From: Peptococcaceae bacterium UBA4068
GTDB taxonomy: Bacteria; Bacillota; Dehalobacteriia; UBA4068
DNA: 64,000 nucleotides
Assembly (NCBI GenBank): GCA_002382665.1
Contig: DFZA01000010.1
Location: 17,589 to 81,588 of the forward strand
Reading direction: 5' to 3'
Of this stretch, positions 16,822-26,333 are shown piece by piece. Position 1 is the stretch's first letter. Each line of letters starts with the position of its first letter. The translations under genes were made by a program, and so were the position numbers. The notes beneath the pieces are model-generated. The model worked only from the letters and a program-made list of their open reading frames with translations, did no database searches and had not been told where the DNA came from.

Positions 16822-19455
16822 CTATTTTTGCTCTGCTTTGATCGCAGCCTGGGCTGCCGCAAGACGAGCAATCGGCACACGGAAAGGCGAGCAGCTAACA
16901 TACTGTAAGCCGGCATTATGGCAGAATTCGACGGAAGCCGGATCGCCGCCATGTTCACCGCAGACACCGAGTTTGATATCGGGACGGGTGCTCTTGCCCT
17001 TCTTAACAGCCATTTTGATTAATTCACCAACGCCGCTGGCATCGAGACGGGCAAATGGATCGCTTTCATAAATCTGTTTCTTGTAATATTCGTCAAGGAA
17101 GTTGCCCGCATCGTCACGGGAGAAACCAAATGTCATCTGGGTCAGGTCATTGGTGCCGAAGGAGAAGAATTGCGCTGTTTTGGCGATTTCATCGGCCACA
17201 ACGCAAGCACGCGGAATCTCGATCATGGTGCCGACCAAATATTTCATATCAACTTTGTTTTCAGTAATGATTTTATCGGCTGTCGCAACAACTATATCAC
17301 GGACATAGTTGAATTCTTTGCTGGCGCCTACCAACGGGATCATGATTTCCGGCACAACATTTAACTTATCTTCCTTGTTGACATAGATAGCGGCTTCAAT
17401 AATTGCCTGTGTTTGCATTTCAGCAATTTCCGGATAGGTAACGGCCAAACGGCAGCCGCGGTGACCCATCATCGGATTGAATTCATGCAGTTGGGCGGTA
17501 CGGGCTTTGATCTTGCCAAAATCCATACCCAACTCTTTGGCTAAGGCTTGCATATCCTCATCGGTATGAGGCAGAAATTCATGCAGCGGCGGATCCAGTA
17601 AACGAACAGTAACAGGTCTGCCACCCATTGCTTTGTAGATACCGATGAAGTCTTCTCTTTGCATCGGCAGCAAGTAGGATAATGCTTTTCTGCGTTCTTC
17701 TTCCGTCTCGGCCAAAATCATTTGACGCATACGCGGAATACGTTCTTCCTTGAAGAACATATGCTCGGTACGGGTCAGGCCGATGCCCTCGGCGCCGAAG
17801 CTGACAGCGTTCGCCGCATCTTCCGGAGTATCGGCATTAGTACGAACTTTCAGGGTGCGGTATTTATCGGCCCAGCTCATAAAGCGGCCAAAATTACCGG
17901 AAATGGTCGGATCAACGGTCGGAAGATCACCGGCATAAACTTTACCGGTAGAACCGTCCAAAGAAATGAAATCGCCTTCATGGAATGTCATGCCACCTAA
18001 GACCAATGTTTTGGTAGCTTCGTCAATCTTGGCTTCGCCGCAGCCGGCAACACAACAAGTACCCATGCCGCGGGCAACAACTGCCGCATGCGAAGTCATG
18101 CCGCCGCGAACTGTGATAATACCTTCAGCAGCGACCATACCTTCAATATCTTCAGGAGAGGTTTCCAAACGACCAAGGATAACTCTCTCGCCTTTGTCCG
18201 CATGAGCTACTTTTGCGTCTTCAGCGGTAAAATAGAGACGACCGGCAGCAGAACCGGGGCTGGCGGCTAAACCTTGACCGATACTTTTGGCTTTAGCTAA
18301 AGCTTCGCCATCAAACATCGGATGCAGCAAATTGTCTAATTGCTTAGGATCAACCATCATAACTGCATTCTTTTCATCGATCATACCTTCGTCAACCAGA
18401 TCAACAGCAATCTGCAAAGCAGCAGCAGCTGTTCTCTTACCGTTTCTGGTTTGCAGGAAATACAGTTTGCTGTCTTCAATGGTGAATTCCATATCCTGCA
18501 TATCGCGGTAGTGGTTTTCCAGATTGGTGGAAATTTCCATAAACTGTTTGTAAACTTCCGGCATATCCTGTTCAAGAACGCTGATCGGCTTGGGTGTGCG
18601 GATACCAGCAACAACATCTTCGCCCTGAGCATTGATCAGGTATTCGCCAAAGATCTTTTTCTCACCGGTTGCCGGGTTTCTGGTGAAAGCAACACCTGTT
18701 CCTGATGTATCGCCCATATTGCCGAATACCATCATCTGGACATTGACTGCTGTGCCCCAGTCGCCAGGAATATCGTTCATACGGCGATAGACGATGGCGC
18801 GCGGATTATTCCAGGAACGGAAAACCGCCGTAACAGATTCCATTAACTGTTTGCGGGGATCAGACGGAAAATCTGCACCAATTGCTTCTTTGTAAATTGC
18901 TTTAAATTTAGAAATAATTTCTTTCAAATCGTCAGCGGAAAGCTCATAGTCATGTTTTATACCCTTGGCTTCTTTAATTACATCAAGTTCTCTTTCAAAA
19001 CGCGATTTGGGTATATCCATAACGACGTCAGAAAACATCTGAATAAAACGCCGATAAGAGTCATAGGCAAATTTAGGATTGTTGGTACGGCGGGCTACAC
19101 CCTCTACCGTAGCATCATTAAGACCAAGGTTAAGAATGGTGTCCATCATCCCGGGCATGGAAGCACGGGCGCCGGAACGGACGGAAACCAGGAAAGGATT
19201 TTCGACGTCGCCGAATTTCTTGCCGGAAATAGCTTCTAATTCCAACATTGCCTCTTCGATTTCTGCCACGATAGCATCATCGATACGCTTGCCTTTTTCA
19301 TAATAATCGGTGCAAGCCTCAGTTGTAACCGTAAAACCCTGAGGAATAGGCAGGCCCAATCTGGTCATTTCCGCCAAATTGGCTCCCTTACCGCCAAGCA
19401 GATTCTTCATACCGGCGTTTCCTTCTTTAAAAAGATACACGAACTTTTTACCCAT
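16822..19455 (-). CDS. ppdK: Pyruvate, phosphate dikinase
   Basis: LLGGKGANLAEM, SVRSGARASMPGMMDT, phospho-His GGMTSHAAVVAR, SFGTNDLTQ, GVCGEHGGD. Confidence 0.97.
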   Translation of the reverse strand: MGKKFVYLFKEGNAGMKNLLGGKGANLAEMTRLGLPIPQGFTVTTEACTDYYEKGKRIDDAIVAEIEEAMLELEAISGKKFGDVENPFLVSVRSGARASMPGMMDTILNLGLNDATVEGVARRTNNPKFAYDSYRRFIQMFSDVVMDIPKSRFERELDVIKEAKGIKHDYELSADDLKEIISKFKAIYKEAIGADFPSDPRKQLMESVTAVFRSWNNPRAIVYRRMNDIPGDWGTAVNVQMMVFGNMGDTSGTGVAFTRNPATGEKKIFGEYLINAQGEDVVAGIRTPKPISVLEQDMPEVYKQFMEISTNLENHYRDMQDMEFTIEDSKLYFLQTRNGKRTAAAALQIAVDLVDEGMIDEKNAVMMVDPKQLDNLLHPMFDGEALAKAKSIGQGLAASPGSAAGRLYFTAEDAKVAHADKGERVILGRLETSPEDIEGMVAAEGIITVRGGMTSHAAVVARGMGTCCVAGCGEAKIDEATKTLVLGGMTFHEGDFISLDGSTGKVYAGDLPTVDPTISGNFGRFMSWADKYRTLKVRTNADTPEDAANAVSFGAEGIGLTRTEHMFFKEERIPRMRQMILAETEEERRKALSYLLPMQREDFIGIYKAMGGRPVTVRLLDPPLHEFLPHTDEDMQALAKELGMDFGKIKARTAQLHEFNPMMGHRGCRLAVTYPEIAEMQTQAIIEAAIYVNKEDKLNVVPEIMIPLVGASKEFNYVRDIVVATADKIITENKVDMKYLVGTMIEIPRACVVADEIAKTAQFFSFGTNDLTQMTFGFSRDDAGNFLDEYYKKQIYESDPFARLDASGVGELIKMAVKKGKSTRPDIKLGVCGEHGGDPASVEFCHNAGLQYVSCSPFRVPIARLAAAQAAIKAEQK

Positions 19456-19493
19456 TGAAAAAAAAACCTCCTTAAATTACATGCAATATGATT

Positions 19494-21587
19494 TTATATA
19501 ACTATTTTTGTTAGATCTCCAAAACTAGCGCTTAAAGCGATAATCCGCTTTAGCAATGCTACTCTGTTGTTACGCAATGCTAAATCATCCGTCAGTACCA
19601 TCAGATCAGTGAAAAACCCATCGATAAATGGTGTAAGTTCGCCAATATGATTTAATACCGATAAATAATTCTTTTGTTCAAAAGCACTTTTAACATCGGT
19701 CTCAACGAGCAGTAATTGTTTATAAAGTTGCTTTTCCGCCTCCTCCTTAAGCAATTGATCATCGATGTCGGCAGGTAATTGGCTGCTTTTTGCAGAACGC
19801 AAAAGATTTGCCGCGCGGGTAAATCCGGCCATCAGCGGCGCAAAACCCGGTTGCTGGCGGAAAGTACGTAATGCTTCTACCCTGCGTAAAACATCTAATA
19901 TATTATCGCCAAATTTGGCGGTAACAGCATTAATAATGTCATAGGTTACCTTTTCTTCGTCAAGATAATTTTCAACACGCTGACGGAAAAAATCTGAAAG
20001 ATTGCTGCAACATTCTTCCATACTGGCAGAAGCAACATCTTTCGGTAACAACTGATAGTCAAATTCAATTATTTCTTTGAGAGAAATATCAAGGTTGTTT
20101 TTAATAATTATCTGTGTGCAGCCGGCTGCCGCTCTACGCAGCGCATAAGGATCCTGTGAACCGGTTGGTTGCATACCGATAGCAAAGAAGCAGATGAGGC
20201 TGTCAAGCTTATCAGCCAGTGACACAGCGATGCCAGAGTTGCATTGGGGTAACAGATCACCGGCAAAGCGCGGTAAATAATGCTCGCGTATGGCCTGCGC
20301 TACCAGCTTTTCCTCACCGGCGGCTAAAGCATAGTACTCGCCGATTATCCCCTGTAATTCCGGAAACTCGTAAACGACATTAGATACTAAATCAGCTTTA
20401 GCCAACAGCGCGGCTCTCTGTGTTTGCCATAAATCTTTATCATCATAGTTTAGTTTGGTAGCAATCAAAGTTGCCAATTCACCGACACGCGTAACCTTTT
20501 GCCGTAGCGTACCCAGTTTTTCATGAAAAACAACACTGGAAAGTCTCTCAATATTAGCTTCCCTATCGGCAGCCAGATCTTCATGCCAGAAAAACTCGGC
20601 GTCTGCAAGACGTGAGCGTAAAACTTTTTCATTACCGGCGGCCACTGTTTCCAGATAATTATCGTCGCCGTTGCGCACGGTAATAAAAAGCGGCAATAGC
20701 TTTCCACCCTGATCGTAAACAGGGAAATAACGCTGATGTTCACGCATCGGTGTAATAATCAGCTCTTGCGGCAACTGTAAATACTTTTGCTCAAATTTGC
20801 CGACTAAAGCCGTCGGTAACTCAACAATGAATACTACTTCGGTAAGCAATTCCTCGTCATTTTCGACATGACCGCCAACTGAAGCGGCAACATGATTAAT
20901 TTGCTGCCAGATAATTTGCCGACGCTGCTGCTGATCGCAGATAACGAAATTCTCGGCCAATTGCGGCAGATAGCTGTCGGGATTATCAATAACGATCTGC
21001 TGTGAACCGAGCGTACGATGACCGCGGCTGATACGGTCCGCTTTAATACCGGCAATCTCCATATCGACAACGTCATCGCCAAACAATACGATCAGCCAGC
21101 GCAAGGGTCTGGCAAAACGCATTTCCTGATAACCCCAGCGCATCGGTTTGGGGAAATATATTTTTGATATAAAATTATTAACCAATTCCGGCAACACAGC
21201 CACAGTAGGCTGTCCATTTATTTCTTTATCCGCGAAAAGATAAATATTGCCGGAAATTTCTTTTTGCCGTAAACTATCCGGTTCCAGGCCGTGACCTTTG
21301 CAAAAACCAAGCAGCGCCTTAGTCGGAGCGCCGTCAGCGTCATATGAGGATTTTAAAGCGGGGCCTTTGATCTCTGTCTTACTGTCTGGTTGCTTTATTA
21401 TTAGGCCTTTGACAAGCAAAGTCAATCTACGCGGAGTGGCATATACTTCTATCTGCTGATAATCAAGCGTTTTAGAGGCAAAAGCCTCGGAGGCCAGCGT
21501 ACGCATTTGTTTTAAAGCCGGCGGCAGAAAACGCGCCGGTATTTCTTCAGTACCGATTTCTAAAAGAAAATCTTTTCTCTCGCTCAT
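19494..21587 (-). CDS. glyS: Glycine-tRNA ligase beta subunit
   Basis: LLEIGTEEIPA, TPRRL, MRW...FARPLRW, HQRYF, EFPELQG, GSQDPYALRRAA. Confidence 0.97.
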   Translation of the reverse strand: MSERKDFLLEIGTEEIPARFLPPALKQMRTLASEAFASKTLDYQQIEVYATPRRLTLLVKGLIIKQPDSKTEIKGPALKSSYDADGAPTKALLGFCKGHGLEPDSLRQKEISGNIYLFADKEINGQPTVAVLPELVNNFISKIYFPKPMRWGYQEMRFARPLRWLIVLFGDDVVDMEIAGIKADRISRGHRTLGSQQIVIDNPDSYLPQLAENFVICDQQQRRQIIWQQINHVAASVGGHVENDEELLTEVVFIVELPTALVGKFEQKYLQLPQELIITPMREHQRYFPVYDQGGKLLPLFITVRNGDDNYLETVAAGNEKVLRSRLADAEFFWHEDLAADREANIERLSSVVFHEKLGTLRQKVTRVGELATLIATKLNYDDKDLWQTQRAALLAKADLVSNVVYEFPELQGIIGEYYALAAGEEKLVAQAIREHYLPRFAGDLLPQCNSGIAVSLADKLDSLICFFAIGMQPTGSQDPYALRRAAAGCTQIIIKNNLDISLKEIIEFDYQLLPKDVASASMEECCSNLSDFFRQRVENYLDEEKVTYDIINAVTAKFGDNILDVLRRVEALRTFRQQPGFAPLMAGFTRAANLLRSAKSSQLPADIDDQLLKEEAEKQLYKQLLLVETDVKSAFEQKNYLSVLNHIGELTPFIDGFFTDLMVLTDDLALRNNRVALLKRIIALSASFGDLTKIVI

Positions 21588-22504
21588 TATTCAGCCTCCT
21601 TTACAATGTCTAAACCAAGTTGACTGCGTAAGGCAGGGTCTTTAATCAGAGGATAATTCATTTTAGCTCTCTGCGCTAAATAACCTTCGGCGCAAGCGTT
21701 GGCCAAGTGACGAACGCGCGCCACAAAAGATTGCCGCTCGGTAACGCTGATTGCGCTACGAGCGTCAAGCAAATTAAATGTATGCGAACACTTCAAGGCA
21801 TAATCATAAGCCGGCTGCACTAACCTCAACGCAATGGTCCGTTCGCATTCTTTTTCATACATCTCGAATAAGGCGAACAGCATATCGATATCAGCGGCTT
21901 CAAAATTATAATGAGAGTAGTCGACTTCATTCTGATGGTGTACATCACCGTAGCTGATATCATCTACCCAGTTAATATCAAAAATACTGTCAACCTTTTG
22001 AATATACATTGCCAGACGCTCTATACCATAAGTCAGCTCCGCGCAGACCGGTTTGCAATCAATACCACCGCATTGCTGAAAATAGGTAAATTGCGTGATC
22101 TCCATACCATCCAGCCAGACTTCCCAGCCTAACCCCCAAGCTCCTAATGTGGGACTTTCCCAGTTATCCTCAACAAAACGGATATCGTGTTCTTCAGCAG
22201 GAATACCGATAGCCGCTAAAGACTGCAAATACAATTCCTGTACATTATCAGGGGAAGGTTTTAATATTACCTGATATTGATAGTAATGCTGCAGACGGTT
22301 GGGGTTTTCCCCATAACGACCGTCGGTGGGGCGGCGGGAAGGCTCGACATAAGCAACATTCCAGGGTTCAGGACCCAACGCATGCAAAAAAGTCGCAGGA
22401 TTCATAGTACCTGCTCCTTTTTCCATATCATAAGGCTGCAATATCAAACAACCCTGTTTACCCCAAAATTCATTAAGGGTCAGTATCATTTGCTGAAAAT
22501 TCAT
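21587..22504 (-). CDS. glyQ: Glycine-tRNA ligase alpha subunit
   Basis: [58 protein letters not shown]. Start placed at ATG 22504. Confidence 0.97.
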   Translation of the reverse strand: MNFQQMILTLNEFWGKQGCLILQPYDMEKGAGTMNPATFLHALGPEPWNVAYVEPSRRPTDGRYGENPNRLQHYYQYQVILKPSPDNVQELYLQSLAAIGIPAEEHDIRFVEDNWESPTLGAWGLGWEVWLDGMEITQFTYFQQCGGIDCKPVCAELTYGIERLAMYIQKVDSIFDINWVDDISYGDVHHQNEVDYSHYNFEAADIDMLFALFEMYEKECERTIALRLVQPAYDYALKCSHTFNLLDARSAISVTERQSFVARVRHLANACAEGYLAQRAKMNYPLIKDPALRSQLGLDIVKEAE

Positions 22505-22581
22505 TGGCAATGCTCCTATTTCTATATTATTATGCCGCTTATCTGCGTTTTCTGATACTCCACAAAATACAATTACAGATT

Positions 22582-22610
22582 ATTATACAAAAATAATCAT
22601 CTACTGTCAA
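22582..22610 (-). promoter_or_regulatory. Consensus sigmaA promoter of glyQS-ppdK
   Basis: TTGACA-N17-TATAAT, with an extended TG, on the minus strand. Confidence 0.85.
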
Positions 22611-22709
22611 TTTGATAATAAATAGTCAATACTGTTTTAAAATACGCAATTTACAGTTAATTTCAGATAATTGCTCATCACCATTCGTCTGCGGCCATCA
22701 AAAGCCTGA

Positions 22710-23471
22710 TTAATAGTTTAGACTGCCTTTTTCCAATTGATTAATGAACCGCTTGGCTTGCGAAACTTTTTCCAGATAGTAATTAAGATATATCTCTAAA
22801 GCCTTTTCCATCTCCTGGCCCATTTGATCATTAATCTTCAAATTTAATACCTTCTTTAAATCTGCGGTTGCTAAATATTGCATTAAGCGTACCGTACCGG
22901 CGCTGATCCGCGGTTGTTCAACAGAGCAAGATGAGCAAAGTAGTCCTCCGCGATAAGGCGATAGATAAAAAGAACTGCCGCTAATGCTGTGACCACAGCC
23001 GCTGCAGCAATTAAGCAGCGGGAAAATCCCCAAAGCCGTCAATAAACGCAGCTCAAAGAAACGTGCAGCTAAAAATAATTGATCGGATAAATCAATCATG
23101 GCCAGTGTTGCCAACAAAAGATAAAAGACCGTCGGCGCCGCTTTTTTTTCCGGCAATGCCAAATCGGTCAGTTCCGCAATATATGATGCATAAGCAATCT
23201 TGTCCAAATCATTATGCAAATGCAGATAAGCATTACGCATTTGTCCCTGCGTAATGATATCAAGACTACCTCTGCCTTTGGCAAAATCAATCTCTACCTC
23301 GCAAAACGGCTGTACTATACCGCGTAAACTGCTATTGGGTTTACGTGCGCCTTTAGCCAGAGCCGTCTCTTTGCCTCTTTCACTGCTGAAAAAGCTGACT
23401 AATTTATCGTTTTCCTTGAAATCTCTATTATGCAGTATTACCGCCTGTAGGCGGTAATTGCGTTCCTCCAT
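22710..23471 (-). CDS. recO: DNA repair protein RecO
   Basis: AVILHNRDFKENDKLV, AKGARKPNS, and the CSGC...CSSC zinc motif. Start placed at ATG 23471. Confidence 0.93.
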   Translation of the reverse strand: MEERNYRLQAVILHNRDFKENDKLVSFFSSERGKETALAKGARKPNSSLRGIVQPFCEVEIDFAKGRGSLDIITQGQMRNAYLHLHNDLDKIAYASYIAELTDLALPEKKAAPTVFYLLLATLAMIDLSDQLFLAARFFELRLLTALGIFPLLNCCSGCGHSISGSSFYLSPYRGGLLCSSCSVEQPRISAGTVRLMQYLATADLKKVLNLKINDQMGQEMEKALEIYLNYYLEKVSQAKRFINQLEKGSLNY

Positions 23472-23515
23472 TTTTTTATCCTTCCTGTTTAAGGTTAATA
23501 ACAACCAAACAAAAA

Positions 23516-24412
23516 CTACTCATTGCCGCTGTCAAGATCACGTAATATCCTTTCGTCATTACGCCAATTCTTTTTTTGTTTGACTAATAAATCTAAATAA
23601 ACACCGCAGCCCAACAACCTTTCTATCTCCCGCCGCGCAGACGAGGCAATACTCTTGAGCTTGTCCCCTCTTTTACCGATGATGATACCCTTCTGGCTAT
23701 CACGTTCCACATATATGACAGCGTCAATATACAAGCGCCCGCTGGCGCGCTCTTGAACCCGTTCTACCTTTACAGCGACCGAATGAGGTATCTCATCCTC
23801 TGTCTTGCGCAAAATCTGCTCACGAATTAACTCGGCAAATAATTGTTCCTCCGTATCTTCAGACAGTAAATCAGGCGGATAAAGCTGCGGCCCCGCCGGT
23901 AAATATTGATATATTAACTGTTTTAATATTTCGCTGCCGTCACCTGTCAAAGCTGATAAAGGTATTGTTTCGGCAAATTGAAATTTCTGATTATATAAAG
24001 AAATTAATGGTAATAGTTGTTCCGGCTTTAATAAATCGATCTTATTAATAATTAAAAAAATCGGTGATTTCTGGCTAGATAAAATATTTAATATAAATTC
24101 CTCTCCGCCGCCAAATTCCGCAGCTCCGTCAACCAAATAGAGCAACAAATCGCTGCCTTCCAGCGAATCTCTGACCGCACGCATCATGCGTTGATTCAAA
24201 GCGTCTTTGGGCTTTTGTACTCCGGGCGTATCAATAAATACTGCCTGCATTTTTTCGGTAGTATAAATACCGCGGATGCTATTACGCGTTGTCTGCGGTT
24301 TATCGGAAGTAATCGCCAGTTTTTGTCCCATTAACTGATTAAGCAAAGTAGATTTACCGGCATTAGGACGGCCAATCATGGCAACTATGCCGGATTTGTA
24401 TTCTGTATCCAT
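23516..24412 (-). CDS. era: GTPase Era
   Basis: GRPNAGKST, KPQTTR, DTPG, NKID, and KH domain ERDSQKGIIIGK. Confidence 0.97.
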   Translation of the reverse strand: MDTEYKSGIVAMIGRPNAGKSTLLNQLMGQKLAITSDKPQTTRNSIRGIYTTEKMQAVFIDTPGVQKPKDALNQRMMRAVRDSLEGSDLLLYLVDGAAEFGGGEEFILNILSSQKSPIFLIINKIDLLKPEQLLPLISLYNQKFQFAETIPLSALTGDGSEILKQLIYQYLPAGPQLYPPDLLSEDTEEQLFAELIREQILRKTEDEIPHSVAVKVERVQERASGRLYIDAVIYVERDSQKGIIIGKRGDKLKSIASSARREIERLLGCGVYLDLLVKQKKNWRNDERILRDLDSGNE

Positions 24413-24420
24413 ATTACTCC

Positions 24421-25437
24421 TTATTCTTTATCTGTTGTTGCTGTCGTATCCTGATATGATATTTTCACGTATTGATTGCAAACCTGAATCCAGGTCTTTC
24501 CCGGAGCAAGTTGCCATTCATCGCCGGCATCATCGCAAAAATATGTAGGGCTGTTTAAATCATCCCGCTTCCAGGTGCCAATGCGTACCGTTCCTTTAGA
24601 AAATAATATCGCCTCACCGCTGCCGGTCAGATTAATACTCAATCGGCCTGCGCTGTCCAAAACTTTGGAGCTGACCTTTTGCACTATGACGTTGGCTACT
24701 TCAATTTGTTTGTCATTACTGGGGTCAATTTGCGCCTCACTGTTGATATACCGCAAATATAGCCCGCTTTCCACATCATATTTATACCTGTTTTTAGCGG
24801 CAGGATAATTAATATCTACCAAATCCGCCTTATCGCCTACCAACACGTCGTCACTGGAATAAAAGGGAAATTCCCTTACCTGACTTACACTATCCCAGCC
24901 TTTTTTGTCCAATATAGCGTAGAGATTTTCAGTTGAAGTATAAAGATTGTGCGGTGCTTTACGGCTCTTATCACGCCAAAACGAACTACCGTAACCAAAC
25001 TCATTGATATAATCGACATAGCCCTTTTGCAGATAAGCTTTGGCATCCTCGCTCCAGCCGCAATGCACAAAAACAGCGTTCCATTCACGGGCGACATCTA
25101 CCATATATGGCCTGGCGCTGCGCACCGGCCCAATGGTATCAGCGCTGCCGACATAAAATAACGCCAAATAGCGGCTGATGCCGCCCTCGGCAGGAACTTC
25201 ATACATAATATCCGCGCTGCTTATCCCGCTTTGCGGACGCGCGGTAGACGAATTGTCAATACTGACAATAAATACTCGCCGCTCTAAATCCTGACTGCTG
25301 CTGACCTGCTCATGGGTAAGCGGATTATAAATAGGCTCAGTGGTTTGGGTCTTTTCTTGATTATCTGTCTTGGAACAAGATGTAACGAACAGTGCTGTCA
25401 TAATCAGCATGACTACGACTAAGATAATCTTTTTCAT
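24421..25437 (-). CDS. DUF3048 (YerB-like) lipoprotein
   Basis: Lipobox FVTSC; SIDNSSTARPQSG..ADIMYE..AEGGISR, GPVRSAR, APHNLY. Confidence 0.85.
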   Translation of the reverse strand: MKKIILVVVMLIMTALFVTSCSKTDNQEKTQTTEPIYNPLTHEQVSSSQDLERRVFIVSIDNSSTARPQSGISSADIMYEVPAEGGISRYLALFYVGSADTIGPVRSARPYMVDVAREWNAVFVHCGWSEDAKAYLQKGYVDYINEFGYGSSFWRDKSRKAPHNLYTSTENLYAILDKKGWDSVSQVREFPFYSSDDVLVGDKADLVDINYPAAKNRYKYDVESGLYLRYINSEAQIDPSNDKQIEVANVIVQKVSSKVLDSAGRLSINLTGSGEAILFSKGTVRIGTWKRDDLNSPTYFCDDAGDEWQLAPGKTWIQVCNQYVKISYQDTTATTDKE

Positions 25438-25470
25438 ATATATCCTCCGTTACCAATAACCAACACTCCA

Positions 25471-25830
25471 TTACCAATACTGAACAATATACGGTACAAA
25501 GATAACCAAACCAATAATAATGGCAAATGCAGCGGCAAATAATACCGCTCCCGCCGCTACATTTTTAGCAGTGGCCGCCCAGGGACAGTGATCTTTGGTC
25601 ATGGAATTAACCAATGATTCAATCGCCGTGTTGGTCATTTCCAAACCGATGACCGCTGCAATAGTTAAAAGTATTATCAAATACTCTGTATGACTAATAT
25701 CAAAGTAAAAAGCGGCAGCAATAACAAAAACCGCTACTGCCCCATGAATTTTCATATTGCGTTCGCTGACAAATGCATGTTTGATACCCTGGCATGCATA
25801 ATAAAATGAACGCAGCAGCTTGTTTTCCAT
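25471..25830 (-). CDS. dgkA: Diacylglycerol/undecaprenol kinase
   Basis: SFYYACQGI..ERNMKIH, LEMTNTAIE, AAGAV, three TM segments; sits in the conserved ybeY-dgkA-era context. Confidence 0.88.
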   Translation of the reverse strand: MENKLLRSFYYACQGIKHAFVSERNMKIHGAVAVFVIAAAFYFDISHTEYLIILLTIAAVIGLEMTNTAIESLVNSMTKDHCPWAATAKNVAAGAVLFAAAFAIIIGLVIFVPYIVQYW

Positions 25831-25859
25831 ACTCTCTCCTTATGCTTACTTATCGGAAA

Positions 25860-26333
25860 TTATTCCGCTATTGCTAACCCGGCGCACTCAATTATCTGAC
25901 GTTGCAGCGACCGCATTTGTTCCTCTTGTTTTGTTTCAATATGATCGTAACCCAGCAAATGCAGAAGGCCATGAATAAAAAGAAATCCTGCTTCACGCTC
26001 AATACTGTGTCCGAATTGTTCTGCTTGCTCTGAGGCGCGTGGCCAACAAATTACAATATCGCCTAATATCAACGGTTCACCGGGTACAACAAAATCATCA
26101 TCTCCCTGGGGAAATGATAATACATCTGTAACCATGTCTATATTGCGGTATGCCGCATTTAATTCTTGGATCTGCTGATTGCCGGTAACCATTAAACTAA
26201 TTTCGCAATCCTGTTCAATTTTCGGCGCCGCCAGATTGATCGTCAGCTTGGCCAGTTTCCGCCACAGGCTCCTGATTTCCTTGCTGATCGCCATCGTTGT
26301 TAGGTTGTTGGTTATCCTTATATTTATCCTCAT
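25860..26333 (-). CDS. ybeY: rRNA maturation endoribonuclease YbeY
   Basis: LNAAYR..D..TDVLSFP, LGDIVI, HGLLHLLGYDH. Confidence 0.95.
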   Translation of the reverse strand: MRINIRITNNLTTMAISKEIRSLWRKLAKLTINLAAPKIEQDCEISLMVTGNQQIQELNAAYRNIDMVTDVLSFPQGDDDFVVPGEPLILGDIVICWPRASEQAEQFGHSIEREAGFLFIHGLLHLLGYDHIETKQEEQMRSLQRQIIECAGLAIAE

